From: Octopus vulgaris
Lineage: Eukaryota
Assembly (NCBI GenBank): GCA_951406725.2
Contig: OX597814.1
Coordinates: 155,744,001-155,808,000 of the forward strand
Reading direction: 5' to 3'
DNA length: 64,000 bases
Shown: positions 12,503 to 24,722 of the stretch, piece after piece
Position numbering within the stretch: position 1 is the first letter of the stretch
How the letters are laid out: each line of letters starts with the position of its first letter
The notes under the pieces: model-generated
The model's database searches: none
What the model was told of the DNA's origin: nothing
What the model saw: the letters and a program-made list of their open reading frames with translations, nothing else
Translations under genes and position numbers: made by a program

Positions 12503-14778
12503 TATATACATATATAGGCACACTAGTAAGCTTGTGTACCTATGTATGTATATAACGATTTATATGAAGGTTATATATAAATACAGCATACACAAATAAT
12601 CTTATGACCATAATACGAAAGCCATATATACATGTATATAGGAACATATTTTGATATGTTAGTTTATTATTCTGAGCTAATATTCTAATATCTATATTTT
12701 GGAAATATTTATGTGTATGCTTGGGTGATTAATCCTTCGTATTTTGTAAAATGAATAAATATCTACGGAGATCTATTTATTAAATGAGAATAGTAAAAAT
12801 AAACATGACGCGAAATTATTAAATTGGATTTATTTATTTCCTATTCGCAAAAATAAAATGCATCATATAGACCACAGGACTGAAATCCAAGATGAATAAA
12901 ACTAAGTTTGTTATGCATTAAGATAATGATTTCTTACAAGTGTTACATAGACATTTTAGACTAGAAACACTCGCCACTGGATAACCGTCACTGCTGAAGC
13001 CTTTGTACTGAAAACTTAGGACCCTAAAGGGCACAACGAGATACTGAAAGGCAGTTTGCTTCCTGATCTACCTTTCCTGTCATCTAATTTTCTACAAGTT
13101 TCAGCTGACATATAAGAAAAGTGGGTATATTCTCTTCGAGTATACCGCCGCTAAATTCAATGCCTTTCAAAGGATAAATTGCATTAGTTGTATCTGTAAA
13201 TATATTTTTTTTAAATGCGCTCTCAGAATCTTAGACTTTAAGCCGCAAGTAATTATTAGACCGTGCCCAATGAATTCCTACTCGTTTACACAGTGTTTAA
13301 AATAGCCAAGTATTTGTATTAATAATTAATGTAATATGCATTTATTATATGTTGCCTTAAAAATATAAAATTATGTATGTTGATTAGGTTGATATATTTG
13401 TGCCCAGAGGATGCTAAACGTAATGTTTGAAAGTAGTAGTATAACAGTAGTAGAGTGGTTTTTTTTTCCTATTCGTATAATAAAAGGTTTTAAACTATTT
13501 GTCATGCTACCTGATTACGCAAAATGTAATGGTCTATTATAATACATATATGAATATGTGAACACGTGTAGGATTCTGCGAGTGTTTGAATACGTTTATG
13601 TGTACGTGTGTGTGGTTTCGTAACCTTCGGTTCGGTAGATTGCGTATCAAGCCTCTCAAATAAAGAACACACTACTTTGAATATATGTGCTTGCATGATA
13701 ATGTCAACAGACTGATGGTGAATACCAATAAATCCGTTTAGTGCGTGGGTCGTCAACACCATAACTGCGGGACATGCTGATAGGTTAAATCGGTAGAACA
13801 AAAGCGATTGTGATTTTCATGCAAATTCAAAAACAAAAATGTTTAAAAAATTAAATTTTAAATGTTAATTTTTCACAATATCGATGTGTGCATGTTTATG
13901 TGAATGTGTGTGTATGCGTGTGCATTATTAGTTTTTGATATGTGCAATTTACATTTTAAAATCAATGTCGTGGATATCGGGAACAAACTCTTTCCTTCGA
14001 TATTTAGGGTATTTGGAACAATCATTATTCCTAACCGAAAAATATCTGTATTAATAAAATTCTCGTAGTTCCCCAGGTTTCATTAAGAATAATACCAAAT
14101 GTGTTGGTAACGGTAACTAGGGTGCTACAACTACAGGAATTACTTTACATAAACTCGTACATTCAACGCATTTCATTTGCTATGTATTTATATGTTCCTG
14201 TTCATTCATATAAGCAGACACGGACCTGGCAGAATCGTTAGCACGCCGGGCAAACTGCTTACTGGCATTTTTTCCATCTATTCAAATCTTTAGGAATAGT
14301 TCCCAATGCACCTACAAATACTGGGATAGATTTTTATCGAAAACTTTCACTACTGGTCGGATAAATCGTCGGACTTTTGAAAATTATTTTCCCTCCATAT
14401 CTCATATGTTTTTTTTTTTTATTTCTAAGTGTTTTGGGTATAGTTTTGTAGCGTAGCATGTACGTAGTACTTCAATGTAGTGGTCACCTCTCCAATGTTC
14501 TCTTGGTTTTGCTTTCCGTTTGAGCAGTGACATTTAAAGATGGATATGTCTAATCAATTTTAACTTTTTGACAAAACCCTGTCTCTGGACCTGTGCTTTG
14601 GCTTCTTTCGTTCTATGATTGTTTGAGGCTTACAAATCGAAATTCACCTTTCTGTCTTAATTGTTTTATTCCCAGGCATAACTGCTTTATTCACCCCTCT
14701 TTAAAATGAGATGTGTTGTACTTTTAATTTTTTATATATTTTCCCGATGTATGTACGTGTTTATGTGTGAATTGCATA

Positions 14779-15547
14779 TCTCTCTCTATATAAACGGCAG
14801 TTTGTCTGTGCGTGTTTCTGTGTGTCTGTTTTCTCGTACCCTCACTCTGACCACGGCTTTCAACCGATTCTGATGAAACTTGACACACACATAGCCCAAT
14901 GTCATAATTCAAAACTAACGCAGCGAAAATTTTGAAAAGTTCCCCCAGTTCTGAAAAAAATCGATAAATTCGACATGGGGTCGAGAATTAGAAACCCAAA
15001 CCACAGACCGTCTAGGGGACGCAACTCCACCTTTTTTAACTCTCAAAAAAAATTTACCATCATTTGTTTTCCATTTTTTTGCTATTTTTTGGCTATAACT
15101 CTCTAAAAATGCTTTATAGTTATTTCCCTTACAAACCTGAGCAACGCCGGGCGATACTGCTATCTCTCTCTATATAAACGGCAGTTTGTCTGTGCGTGTT
15201 TCTGTGTGTCTGTTTTCTCGTACCCTCACTCTGACCACGGCTTTCAACCGATTCTGATGAAACTTGACACACACATAGCCCAATGTCATAATTCAAAACT
15301 AACGCAGCGAAAATTTTGAAAAGTTCCCCCAGTTCTGAAAAAAATCGATAAATTCGACATGGGGTCGAGAATTAGAAACCCAAACCACAGACCGTCTAGG
15401 GGACGCAACTCTACCTTTTTTAACTCTCAAAAAAAATTTACCATCATTTGTTTTCCATTTTTTTGCTATTTTTTGGCTATAACTCTCTAAAAATGCTTTA
15501 TAGTTATTTCCCTTACAAACCTGAGCAACGCCGGGCGATACTGCTAG
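14779..15547 (+). mobile_element. Head-to-tail dimer of a 385-bp non-autonomous Helitron
   Basis: Units 14779-15162 and 15163-15547 differ by one substitution plus the terminal G. 5' TC, subterminal hairpin cctgagcaacgccggg, 3' CTAG, inserted between A(14778) and T(15548). Confidence 0.85.
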
Positions 15548-15865
15548 TATATTATATTCCTTAGTGTATAAACAAGTAACATTAGTGTGTATATATGTGA
15601 AACAATAGTGTGTACATGTTTTTCTGTGATAACATATCTGGAAGAAATTTTCCTACACATATGAGAGAGATCTTTCGGTTTCCTGAAATGACGTGCGTTA
15701 AAAAAATAATTTCCTTTCAGTTTTCGCAGTTTCTTAAATACTGATTGGGGTTGATCTCAATTTTAATCATTCCTCGCAGGAAGCTAACTGATGCATGTTG
15801 ACGCACGTCCATTATTATTATTGTTGTTGCTGTTGTTGTTATTTTTGTTGTTGTTGTTGTTTCTC

Positions 15866-16145
15866 ATTAGCAGAGGTTTTACTGGAGCTCCTGGAGTTCT
15901 GCTCCTGCAGATTAGCTACCTGCAGCCTACGGGAAAATGTCATCCGTTCTTTTCAGCCATCTATTACTTTCCTGATTATTCTCGCCGTGCCAAGAAGGCA
16001 AAACGTTTGCAACAGTTATACTGAGCACTCTATTTCAATTTTCTTTATATTCCCCTTGATGTCTGATACTTTTCCCAAAATCGAACAATAATTGGCACTA
16101 TCTTCGCCTTCTTCATTTTCCATAGCCAAGCTATTTCGTACTTAA
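15866..16145 (-). mobile_element. R4/Dong LINE 3' fragment
   Basis: Homologous to 42700-42960 (ggagctcctggagt..tacctgcagccta..ttcctgattattct). Abuts a (TTG/TTA)n array. Confidence 0.65.
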
Positions 16146-16164
16146 GAGGGCTGCGACTTACTTA

Positions 16165-16510
16165 ATCGAAACTGAAAGTAGAAAAGGCAAAGTCGACCCC
16201 GGTGGCATTTAAACTCAGAACTTGAAAGATAGACGAAATGCTGCTCAGAATTTTAATCGGCATACTAACAATTCTGGTAGCTCACAGATTATATTGATTT
16301 TAAATTTTGTGCACAATGCCAGCAAGGATGGTGATGGGAATGTGTCGATTACATCGAACGCAGTACTCAACTGGTACTTATTTTATCTACCCTGAAAAGA
16401 AGAAAAGCAAATTCGACCTTGACGGAATTTGAACTCAGAACGTAAAGACGAACAAAATGCCGCGTAGTATTTCGCTCGGTGTGCTACCGACGCTGCCAGC
16501 TCACCACCTT
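16165..16510 (-). mobile_element. Two tandem SINE family B copies
   Basis: aaaggcaaagtcgacc..ttgaactcagaacgtaaagac..gctgccagctcaccacc, present twice. Confidence 0.75.
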
Positions 16511-17036
16511 AAAGAAATGGAGTATGTTGAAAGGAGAACTGTGTCACCATTTACAGACATAGATTTTAAATAAAGAGTTCTCCACAGAAAACTATATTAA
16601 GTATGAAATCTATACTAGAACAACACGAGAATATGTGAAAATAGCATCTGCATATGTCAGATCATAATTCTATTTTGGAATTCTGTACCATTGCCAATAT
16701 TGAAAATGGAAATTCGAAAATAGGAGACTACATCGTCTTTGGGATCTATGTCATGTGCCAAATTCCTGATTAAACTTTCACACCATCATTTATCAGGTTT
16801 TCTAAAATTTAATAACGGCAGCAGCTAAACGATTTCAATTGCAGTTTCATAGATTGTTGTTAGTGGTGTTATTTTTCAGAGGTCGGCCCTAATTGAGTAA
16901 GCATATAAACAAAGCGGTTGAGACAGTCAACATCCAACTTTGTTTCTTGGCATAAATTAACCAGTATTCCATCATTCAGATAAGAAGGTTGGGTGTGATT
17001 TAAGGGATATTTCGACTGCCATTTCACAGTTCGAAA

Positions 17037-17077
<41 letters not shown>

Positions 17078-17833
17078 TCTGTTGTGTCTGGGGAGAGTCA
17101 TTCTCTGTCCGTTATTTACACTGCGTTCCCTTTTGTTTGTTAGTGTGCATGTGTGTGGGTCAGTGTGTATGTGTGTGCCTATACATGCATACATGTACGT
17201 ATGTATGTGTGTGTGTGTTTGCATGTGTATGTATGTATATATGTGTGTGAGCATGTTTGTATATGTATGTACCTCTGTCTCCTTGTGTGTGATATCTGTG
17301 TGTGTGTTATGTAACTATGTACCATGTTTGTATGTACGGATGTGCATCTTTATATGTGTGGATCCGTGTCTCCATGCGTGTCTGTTCTTGTAACCTATAT
17401 ACCTATCCGTCTGTATGTTGATCTGTTTATTTACATATATAAATGCTTACATACAGAAATAAAAAAATAAAAATAAAGAATGAAAAAGGTAAAAAAAAAT
17501 GTTTTAAATATATAAAAAATAAAAAAATATAAAAATATAACAAAAACAAAAAAAATAATAATGATTAAAAAAGGCATACACACACACTCACACCCACATA
17601 CATACATACATTTATCTACCTAACAGTCCACTAACTATTCTACTCTACCTATGTAAACTGTGGGTATGGAGGTATGGTATTTATTGTGCATATTTCCTAT
17701 TTAATATTGGGGAAGTTATATGTATATATTTAAAATGTAGTTATATATATATATTTAAAATGTAACCACATGTGGATCGTTGGCGATTTTTTCCCTTTGT
17801 TTTCCTTTTCTCTTGGACTTTTCTTTGCTTCCT

Positions 17834-17868
17834 GTTTCTGAAGAAAAGCTTTGCTCGAAACGTAAAAC
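17834..17868 (+). ncRNA. Minimal type I hammerhead, canonical core, in a pLTR-like tail ending at (TA)n
   Basis: GTTT-CTGAAGA-aaAGC ttt GCTc-GAAA-CG-TA-AAAC. A degenerate paralog with similar downstream sequence lies at 55356-55391. Confidence 0.7.
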
Positions 17869-18004
17869 CACCTTTCTTTCCTTCCCTGAGCGTCTGCTAA
17901 TACTTTGTATGTACAACGTCCTCACGTTGTTGTTTTTTCTTGTGATTGTTCTTCGTTTCGGGGGTGGGATTTACTATATATGTATGCATGTATATATATA
18001 TATG

Positions 18005-18072
<68 letters not shown>

Positions 18073-18549
18073 TTTGTAATATATATATATATATATATGT
18101 AACAGCTAAAAAATATATATACGAAGAAGAGTATACCTATTTAGATCACACTTCAATTATACAACAACTGTTTCAGTTGCATTAACATATGCATGCACAC
18201 AAATATATTTTCTACACACACAAACACTTGTGTAATATTATTAAAATTCGTAATAATATTTACGAAAATATATGTCAACACTACATTATCAAGTTCATCC
18301 AAATTGGTGAAATTCCAAATGGACATTTGGAAAACTTTTAGTTGTTAATAAACACTAACAAAAAGAAACGCCAAATCAGATTTAGCATTCATTCATTCAA
18401 ACAAGAGCAACGTCTTTGAACAACTAGTTTTCTCAATGTGTTATGTTGCGCCTTGGTTAAGTTTGATTTAATTTTTGATCGCTTACTTAAGATGTTGGAG
18501 ATAGACTGTTTCAGTCTGAATAATTTGCGGTTGAGTTCTCGGTTGGTTG

Positions 18550-19603
18550 GGCTGGACACCACCTACTTCTCTTTCCATGAACACATATATAAACAAACAA
18601 CAGGTCTCCCCATGGGATCCAGTGTCTCAGTCTTACTAACCATCACCTATATGAACCATCTGAAACGTCGAGCACTCAGCATCTGCCGCTCATGTGCCGT
18701 CTTCACCAGGTACGCTGATGACACCCTTATACACACATCTTCTCGTGAAAAGACAGACAGAATATCCACGACATTCAAAAACATGGACATGGGTATATGA
18801 TTCCATATAGAACATCCCGACAACACTGGAACCCTATCGCTACTCAACTTTCAACTTAAAAGAGGGAGGAGATCCACACTGAGTTCTACAGGAAAGCAAA
18901 CTGTAGTGATATGTTTGTTCACTACAATTTAGCCTTTCAACTCAGTGTCAAAATAGGATGCGACAGAAATGAACTTACACGCATCCGGATCAAGTGCAGC
19001 AGGACAGAGGACAAGGTGACCCACACTATATGTTTCATAGAGGTATTGAAAAGCAACGGTTACCTATATCCATTGTAAATCGGCATAAATAACCAAGAGG
19101 CCAAACACGCCGAACACACAGAGGACCCAGCAACACATGCTTCCTTAAATTATACCATTTTAGCGAGAGAACAGCCATCCGAAGAGCCATAAGAAGAGAA
19201 GGATTAGACATACAACTAGCCCACTCCGGCCCCTCTCTGAGAGGACACCTCACAAAGAAACAAACAATCAATGCACACAAACAAACTGTCCCATCTGTGA
19301 CACAGATTTATGCCAACAGGTAAATGTTGTGTATAGAATACAATGTAATAAATGCAACAATTTCTATGTGAGAAGTATAACAAGACCGTTACCCGTCTGT
19401 ATCAAAAACATCTGAACCCGAGAGCCTCCTCCTTCAGAAAACATCTAGACAGATGCCGGAACACCGACAAAATCATAACAGTCCCAATTGAAGCCAATGA
19501 CAGAAATTTGGGAAATCTAAGAATTAAGGAAGCTATCCCAATAGATAGACTAGGGCCCCAAATTAACAAGCGGCTGGAGGTCGACAGTCAATATATTATT
19601 TAG
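18550..19603 (+). pseudogene. Penelope-like element RT (C-terminal half) + GIY-YIG endonuclease, decayed
   Basis: TYFSFHEHIYKQTTGLPMGS, RYADD, FHIEHP..TLSLL, FYRK, NGY, then NVVYRIQCNKCNNFY and LRIKEAI..PQINKRLE. Stops and frameshifts present. Confidence 0.9.
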
Positions 19604-19876
19604 CTACATCTGGGTGCATGTAAGTTCATTTCTGATTACATGCTCATGTACTATAAAAAAGAAAAAAAAAAGAAACTGCACGTCTAATACATAACTTAGA
19701 AGTAGCGCTGTGGATGTGCCACCAACACACACGACCTTGAGACATGGCCACCATCACGCACCTCTCATGAGGAATTCCGGAAGGGGCTTCGTGAGACCAC
19801 TGCAGAGACACTTCCAAAAAAATATCAGTAACCGATGGAAAAACCGATTATAGCAGTGACTCGATCAATTCCAAGC

Positions 19877-19918
19877 AATATCTGAAGAAGGAATTTTTAT
19901 ATTCCGAAATATTATAAT
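19877..19918 (+). ncRNA. Minimal type I hammerhead in pLTR between two PLE ORF segments
   Basis: aatat-CTGAAGA-a-GGAAT ttttat ATTCC-GAAA-TA-TT-ataat. Perfect 5-bp stem II, weak stem I. Confidence 0.6.
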
Positions 19919-20019
19919 AGACTAATGAATAATTAAATTATAACAGTTATTATAGTCCACACTGCATTGCTGGGCCATTCAAGACACGTTATATTTCACA
20001 AGAAATACACAATGCTTCA

Positions 20020-21172
20020 AGTGAACTACAATACTCTCTTATCACTACGCCTGGGCCAGGCCGAGTTTGCAACCGCTAGGGAGTTAATCAAGCTGTCGGA
20101 GAAATGTGCTAAAATCTGATGCCAAAACACTTTGTTAAAGGATGCCTAAAAAACAACAAAATTTCCAACACTATCAGGAACATACATTTACCTATGTGCT
20201 TACACCACCAACACCATGAGCACATACGCAAATTCTATGAAGTAATATCCAGCATCACGTTCACGTCAATCACAGAACCTACACACCGACGAAAAACTGC
20301 AGTTATTGACCGATGCGTTGACCAAAAGAAGAAACGTATCAAACTTAAATTTCTATGGCTTTGTACCAAATACCGCCACAACTCGGCCTATTACACCGAC
20401 ACAGATGAACGGGACACGTCCCACGAACAAGATAACACTGAGATCGAGCACGCTAGCACATCTAGTCACAGACTTGAGTGGGTCACTCTCCCATGAAGAA
20501 CTAGAACTTTATCTTGAACCAAAAGCTGAACGAGAAAATGTTACTACCTGAAAGCAAACTTTTGTCGAACAGCCTGCCAACTCAAATGGCTCTTGGTTAT
20601 AAAGAAGAAGAACAACAACAACAACACACTCGGCAAATCTCCCACGTATCAACCACCCACCTACAACCAACCGAGAACTCAACCACAAACTATAAAGAGT
20701 AAAACAGTTTATCTCCAACAGCTTAAGGAAGGAATCGAAAATAATGCCAAGGTGCAACATGAAACATTGACAAAACTACAAAAACAAAAACGCCTTATCT
20801 ACTTACCAACAGACGAAGGGAAAGAAATCTGCATAGTTTCTTGTGAAATTTATGATAGACTGGCACTAGAACATTCAAGCAATGACTGACTATATTCTAA
20901 AGCGACAGAAACAACCGCGACCAGGATTGAAGACCGAATTAACACCGCATGGACTAATATCTGTAGACGGAGACAACATAGCAAATACAAGGACAACTTC
21001 ATCACAAAAAGCAGTAGATTACGCAAATTCTATCACCTCATTGAAACACATAAGGATAGCAACACGATCCAGATTAGACCCATCGTCTCTAGCGTGGAAG
21101 GACCTCTGTATAAAATATCTTCGCTCATTCCCCACATCCTGAAACCCATACACGTCAAAAACTATAACACTC
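20020..21172 (+). pseudogene. Penelope-like element N-terminal ORF segment (next tandem unit), decayed
   Basis: KHFVKGCLKNN.., LIYLPTDEGKEICIV (ADKG-like), FYHLIETHK..IRPIVSSVEGPLYKIS..ILKP (start of PLE RT). Truncated by a SINE. Confidence 0.8.
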
Positions 21173-21199
21173 TCCTTTGTTGTTGCTGTTTGTTCCTTC

Positions 21200-21400
21200 A
21201 CGATTCATGCCTGGCGCATAAGGGCCGGTTTCCCGGTGGTATAGGTTCCCCAGCTGGACGTGACGTCGGTCCGTCGCAGGTGAGATGCTAGATGCGGGAG
21301 TGAAAGTTGAGGCGAAAGAGTCAGCAGAAGTTCGCCATTACCTTCTACCGCAGCCGCGTGGAGCTTAGCCTTTTCGCTCATAAACACGCACATATAGGAC
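21200..21400 (-). mobile_element. SINE fragment resembling Nin/Meta-domain invertebrate SINEs
   Basis: gggccggtttcccggt...ccccagctggacgtgacgtcggtccgtcgcagg...ttcgccattacc resembles the conserved central domain as I remember it; unverified. Confidence 0.45.
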
Positions 21401-21499
21401 ACCAAGTATTTCCGTTTCTACTTAAAGTAAAGGAGTTGTAATAAATATTTTTTTCATTTTAATCTATTTTCAATCATCAATAAAAATTTTAAAGTACTC

Positions 21500-22150
21500 T
21501 GGGACTTAATGATTTAAAAGCTTAAAGCATGTTTTGTCGTCGTAATGTTGCCATGAATATTATGTCTTTCAATGGACGGCCAAAGACTGGTCAAAAGTTC
21601 TTTGGAGCGACGAATTCCGCTTCTGGATCAAACGGAAAGACTTATGTTAAACGCCGTTCAACGGAAGAATTCCATCTTAAGTGTGTCAAGAGAACGTGCA
21701 AGAGGGATGTATATGTGGGGCGGGAGGGGTAACGGTGTGGGCTGCGTTCAGTAGCGTTCAGTGTTGGTCCAATTGTTAAGGGTGATGACAGACTGAACAG
21801 TGTAGGCTATTTGCAATTAGTAAATGAAAATGTGCTGCCTTATTTAAATAATCAGATACCACCGGGACCTATTGTCCAGCAAGGAAAGTTTTGCAATATT
21901 TAGAGCGTAATAATATGGCGGTTATTAAGTGGCCTCCGCAGAGCCCGGATTTGAATCCGTTAGAATATTTATTGAATTATGTTTATAAATGGGTTCATGC
22001 TAAAAAACCAAACAGATTGCCCAATTATATAATTTTATTGAAGAAATACGGCAGAACATTCCAAGTGATTTTTGTGCTCATTTGTCGAACTCCATGTCCC
22101 GTTGTCCCAAGGCCATAATGAAAAATAATGACCACGGAATTAATTATTAA
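21500..22150 (+). pseudogene. Tc1-type (DD34E) transposase remnant
   Basis: WTAKDWSKVLWSDE, YVKRRSTEEFHLKCVKRT, LNSVGYLQLVNENVLP, IKWPPQSPDLNPLE. Frameshifted. Confidence 0.85.
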
Positions 22151-22579
22151 TAATGATTTTTTTCTTCGTTGATCATTTGTGCCATAAATTTTCAATTTAA
22201 ACAAAATAATGTTGGTACAGTGTTAAACTGATTTTGCCGACAACTTTTAATCATTTGAATTAATTGAGCATTAAGTTTAATCAAATTGTAGAAACATATA
22301 TAACGCCTGTATCATTCGGAAGAGAAAACAATTCTACATAAACTGCAAAAAGTAAAATAATTTTAAACAAGTTTGTTAAAACTAAATTAATGAAGGGACA
22401 GAATATAGAATATATGAAGGAAAAGAATATATATATATATATATAAGAAAATAGTAAAGTGTGAAAAAACGACAGAAGGCTTAAATGTTAAAAGATATAT
22501 ATATTTGTGTCAAAATGTCTGGAGAATATTGGAAACATTTTTTTCCTTTCCTTAAAATGACATAATTTTTAAATTTTTA

Positions 22580-22619
22580 AAGAAATTACCGGTTTCGCGT
22601 GTAGCTTTTCAAATTTCTT
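22580..22619 (-). ncRNA. Minimal type I hammerhead, U3-A8 core, in PLE 3' pLTR
   Basis: Minus strand AAGAAAT-TTGAAAA-GC tacac GC-GAAA-CCGG-TA-ATTTCTT: perfect 7-bp stem I, same orientation as the ORF, ~135 nt past the stop codon. Confidence 0.8.
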
Positions 22620-22755
22620 GTGACGTTATGTTTATATTGCATGGATTTATCGTTGTTTTTATTTCCAGGAGATTTCTAAATAAGGGGAGGTAGTGAGTGA
22701 TTTTTTCCGGTGTAGGGGAGATAATCGCTTAAAAAATTTTTTTCCCATTTCCTTG

Positions 22756-23641
22756 TTAATTTCTCTGTGTCAGTATGTTCGGATGGTTGAGTCTGGGTTT
22801 GTACTTTTCAATGAAGAATGTTTCCTTGTTCAGTCTCATTTGTGTTGATGATCCGAAAGCACATTGGTAAAATGGGAAGATTAAAAATTGTGGCAGTAGT
22901 TGCTTTGCGCATTTCTCAATGTGCTCACTAAAAGGTATCATTCTATATTCTGGGAATGCAATCTGTTGTCGATGCAGTGTGCATCTGCGCCTGAGTGATA
23001 GTCCCGTGGAACCCACGTAGTCTTGGTGGCAGCCCGAGCATTTAATAACATAAATTATGTTTTCAGAGGCACAAGTAAAGTTAGATTTGATCTTAAATTT
23101 CTGTCCTTCTTTAAAGAAGAATTCTGATCCTTCCAATAGGTTAGGACATGTTGCACAGTTCGATCTACCACATTTTTTTACTTTTGCATCCGTAATTTTA
23201 GAAGACAATTTTGCCTTTGTGAGAATCTTTTTAAGTGATTTAGGCTGTTTGTAGCTTTTAATGATTTGGTGTATGTTTAGAATTTCCCTTAATTTTGGGT
23301 TTTTATGAAGTATTGGTAAATTCTGGGTGATGATGGTGAAGGCTTCTTTGTTTCTGGGGTTGTATGTAGATATATAAGGTAGTATTTTCGGGGAAGGTGT
23401 GTTGTTGTGTTGAACTTTTCTTAAAGTTTCTATGTTGATTTCTGTTGCACGTCTGATCCCATCCTCTATGAGTTGAGCTGGGTAATGTCTGTCAATTAGG
23501 GTGTTTTTGAGTTCTTGCAGTCTAAAGTTCCTGGTATTTTGTTCTGACACTATTGTGCATATCCTTCTTGCAAGGTTGAAGGGTATGTTTGTTTTAGTGT
23601 GTCTTGGGTGGCATGAATTAAAAAGAAGGTATTGTTTGGCG

Positions 23642-23647
<6 letters not shown>
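22756..23647 (-). CDS. PLE RT thumb + CxxxxCxxC linker + GIY-YIG endonuclease (5'-truncated, uninterrupted ~297 codons)
   Basis: TDAKQYLLFNSCHPRHTKTNIPFNLARRI.., KCGRSNCATC, NIIYVIKCSGCHQDYVGST..LRRRCTLHRQQI, RLNKETFFIEKYKPRLN. No internal stops. Confidence 0.9.
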
Positions 23648-23694
<47 letters not shown>

Positions 23695-23696
23695 GC

Positions 23697-23734
<38 letters not shown>

Positions 23735-24512
23735 ATGAATGTATGTTTATATATATAACTTTTTTGCTAGAAGTCGTAAATGTCAAATAGCAGTAGCTAA
23801 TAGAATTTTAAAAGTTAATAACTGTTTATCTTTTGACTTAAGGCAAAAATGAAGTGCATTTCAATGATTAGCATACAAAACTACACAACACACCAGATTT
23901 GAGAGCAATTGGAACAAAACGGACGAAACTGAAAAGTGAAAACCGAGCAGATATGATCCCAGCTGAGAATTTTTTTAGGAAATACTGGCAAGTAGAATTC
24001 ACTTGAAAACTTTTTCAAGCAGAAAATATTTGTTGTTCTATATAAATCGGTTTAATGGTTAATGTTGGTAAACAATTGGTAAACGTAGACGTATAGTTCA
24101 TATAAGTTCCTCCAAGTCAGACTTCATCGATTAGCTATTCCTTCAAAGCAAGCGTCTGATAAATATTATCAGACATGAACTTCTGGAAAATATATGTATT
24201 CTCTCCTTAGCAGTTGAGTTTATACAACATATATCGCTTAAATTTTCGTCTCAATGGGAACAAACATTCAATGCAGTATCAGTCTCCTGACTTCAGATAA
24301 AATTGTTTTATTTTAATGATAACAGTTATTGATTATGTTCTTCTATAAACCCGAACCTGTTTGCTTAGTGTAACGAACGAATTTTGCATCAAGAAGAAAT
24401 CACTATTCACAGTTGGTCTAAATATTTCAATGGATAATGTTCCCATAAGTTTCTATGTACATAATCTATCTAGTAAAATACTTTCGTATAAAATTTCATA
24501 AGATATTAATAT

Positions 24513-24722
24513 TGATTTCAAATTTTGGCAAACAGCCAGTAATTTTGGAGGAGGGAGCAAGTCAATTACATCGACACCACTGCCATAGTGGTAAATCTAT
24601 CGATCCCGAAAGATAAAATTCAACCGCAAAGAAATTTGGACTCAGAACGTCAAGTCGCAAGAAATGCTGCTGAGCATTTTTTCGGGAGCAGTAGCAATTC
24701 TTTCGGGTCGTCACCTTCTTAA
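24513..24722 (-). mobile_element. SINE family B copy
   Basis: gatttcaaattttggc..catcgac..gactcagaacgt..tcgtcacc. atattaatat is repeated on both flanks (possible TSD). Confidence 0.65.

Larger units (their letters stand above)
22446..23647 (-). mobile_element. 5'-truncated Penelope-like element (possibly Naiad-like) inserted in (TA)n
   Basis: (TA)n on both sides. Open frame followed by a 3' tail containing a hammerhead. Confidence 0.9.

Noticed and set aside
14779-15547. CTGATGA at ~14870 and ~15254 as hammerheads in a tandem repeat
   Set aside because: No stem II/GAAA/stem I arrangement. The termini show the repeat is a Helitron.
21215-21260. GAAACCGG on the minus strand as an HHR
   Set aside because: The upstream core reads CTGGGGA, there is no UH site or stem I, and the sequence is better explained as a SINE domain.
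22756-23647. Selenoprotein-type recoding in the PLE endonuclease
   Set aside because: No in-frame TGA; the Cys positions are ordinary Cys codons in this copy.
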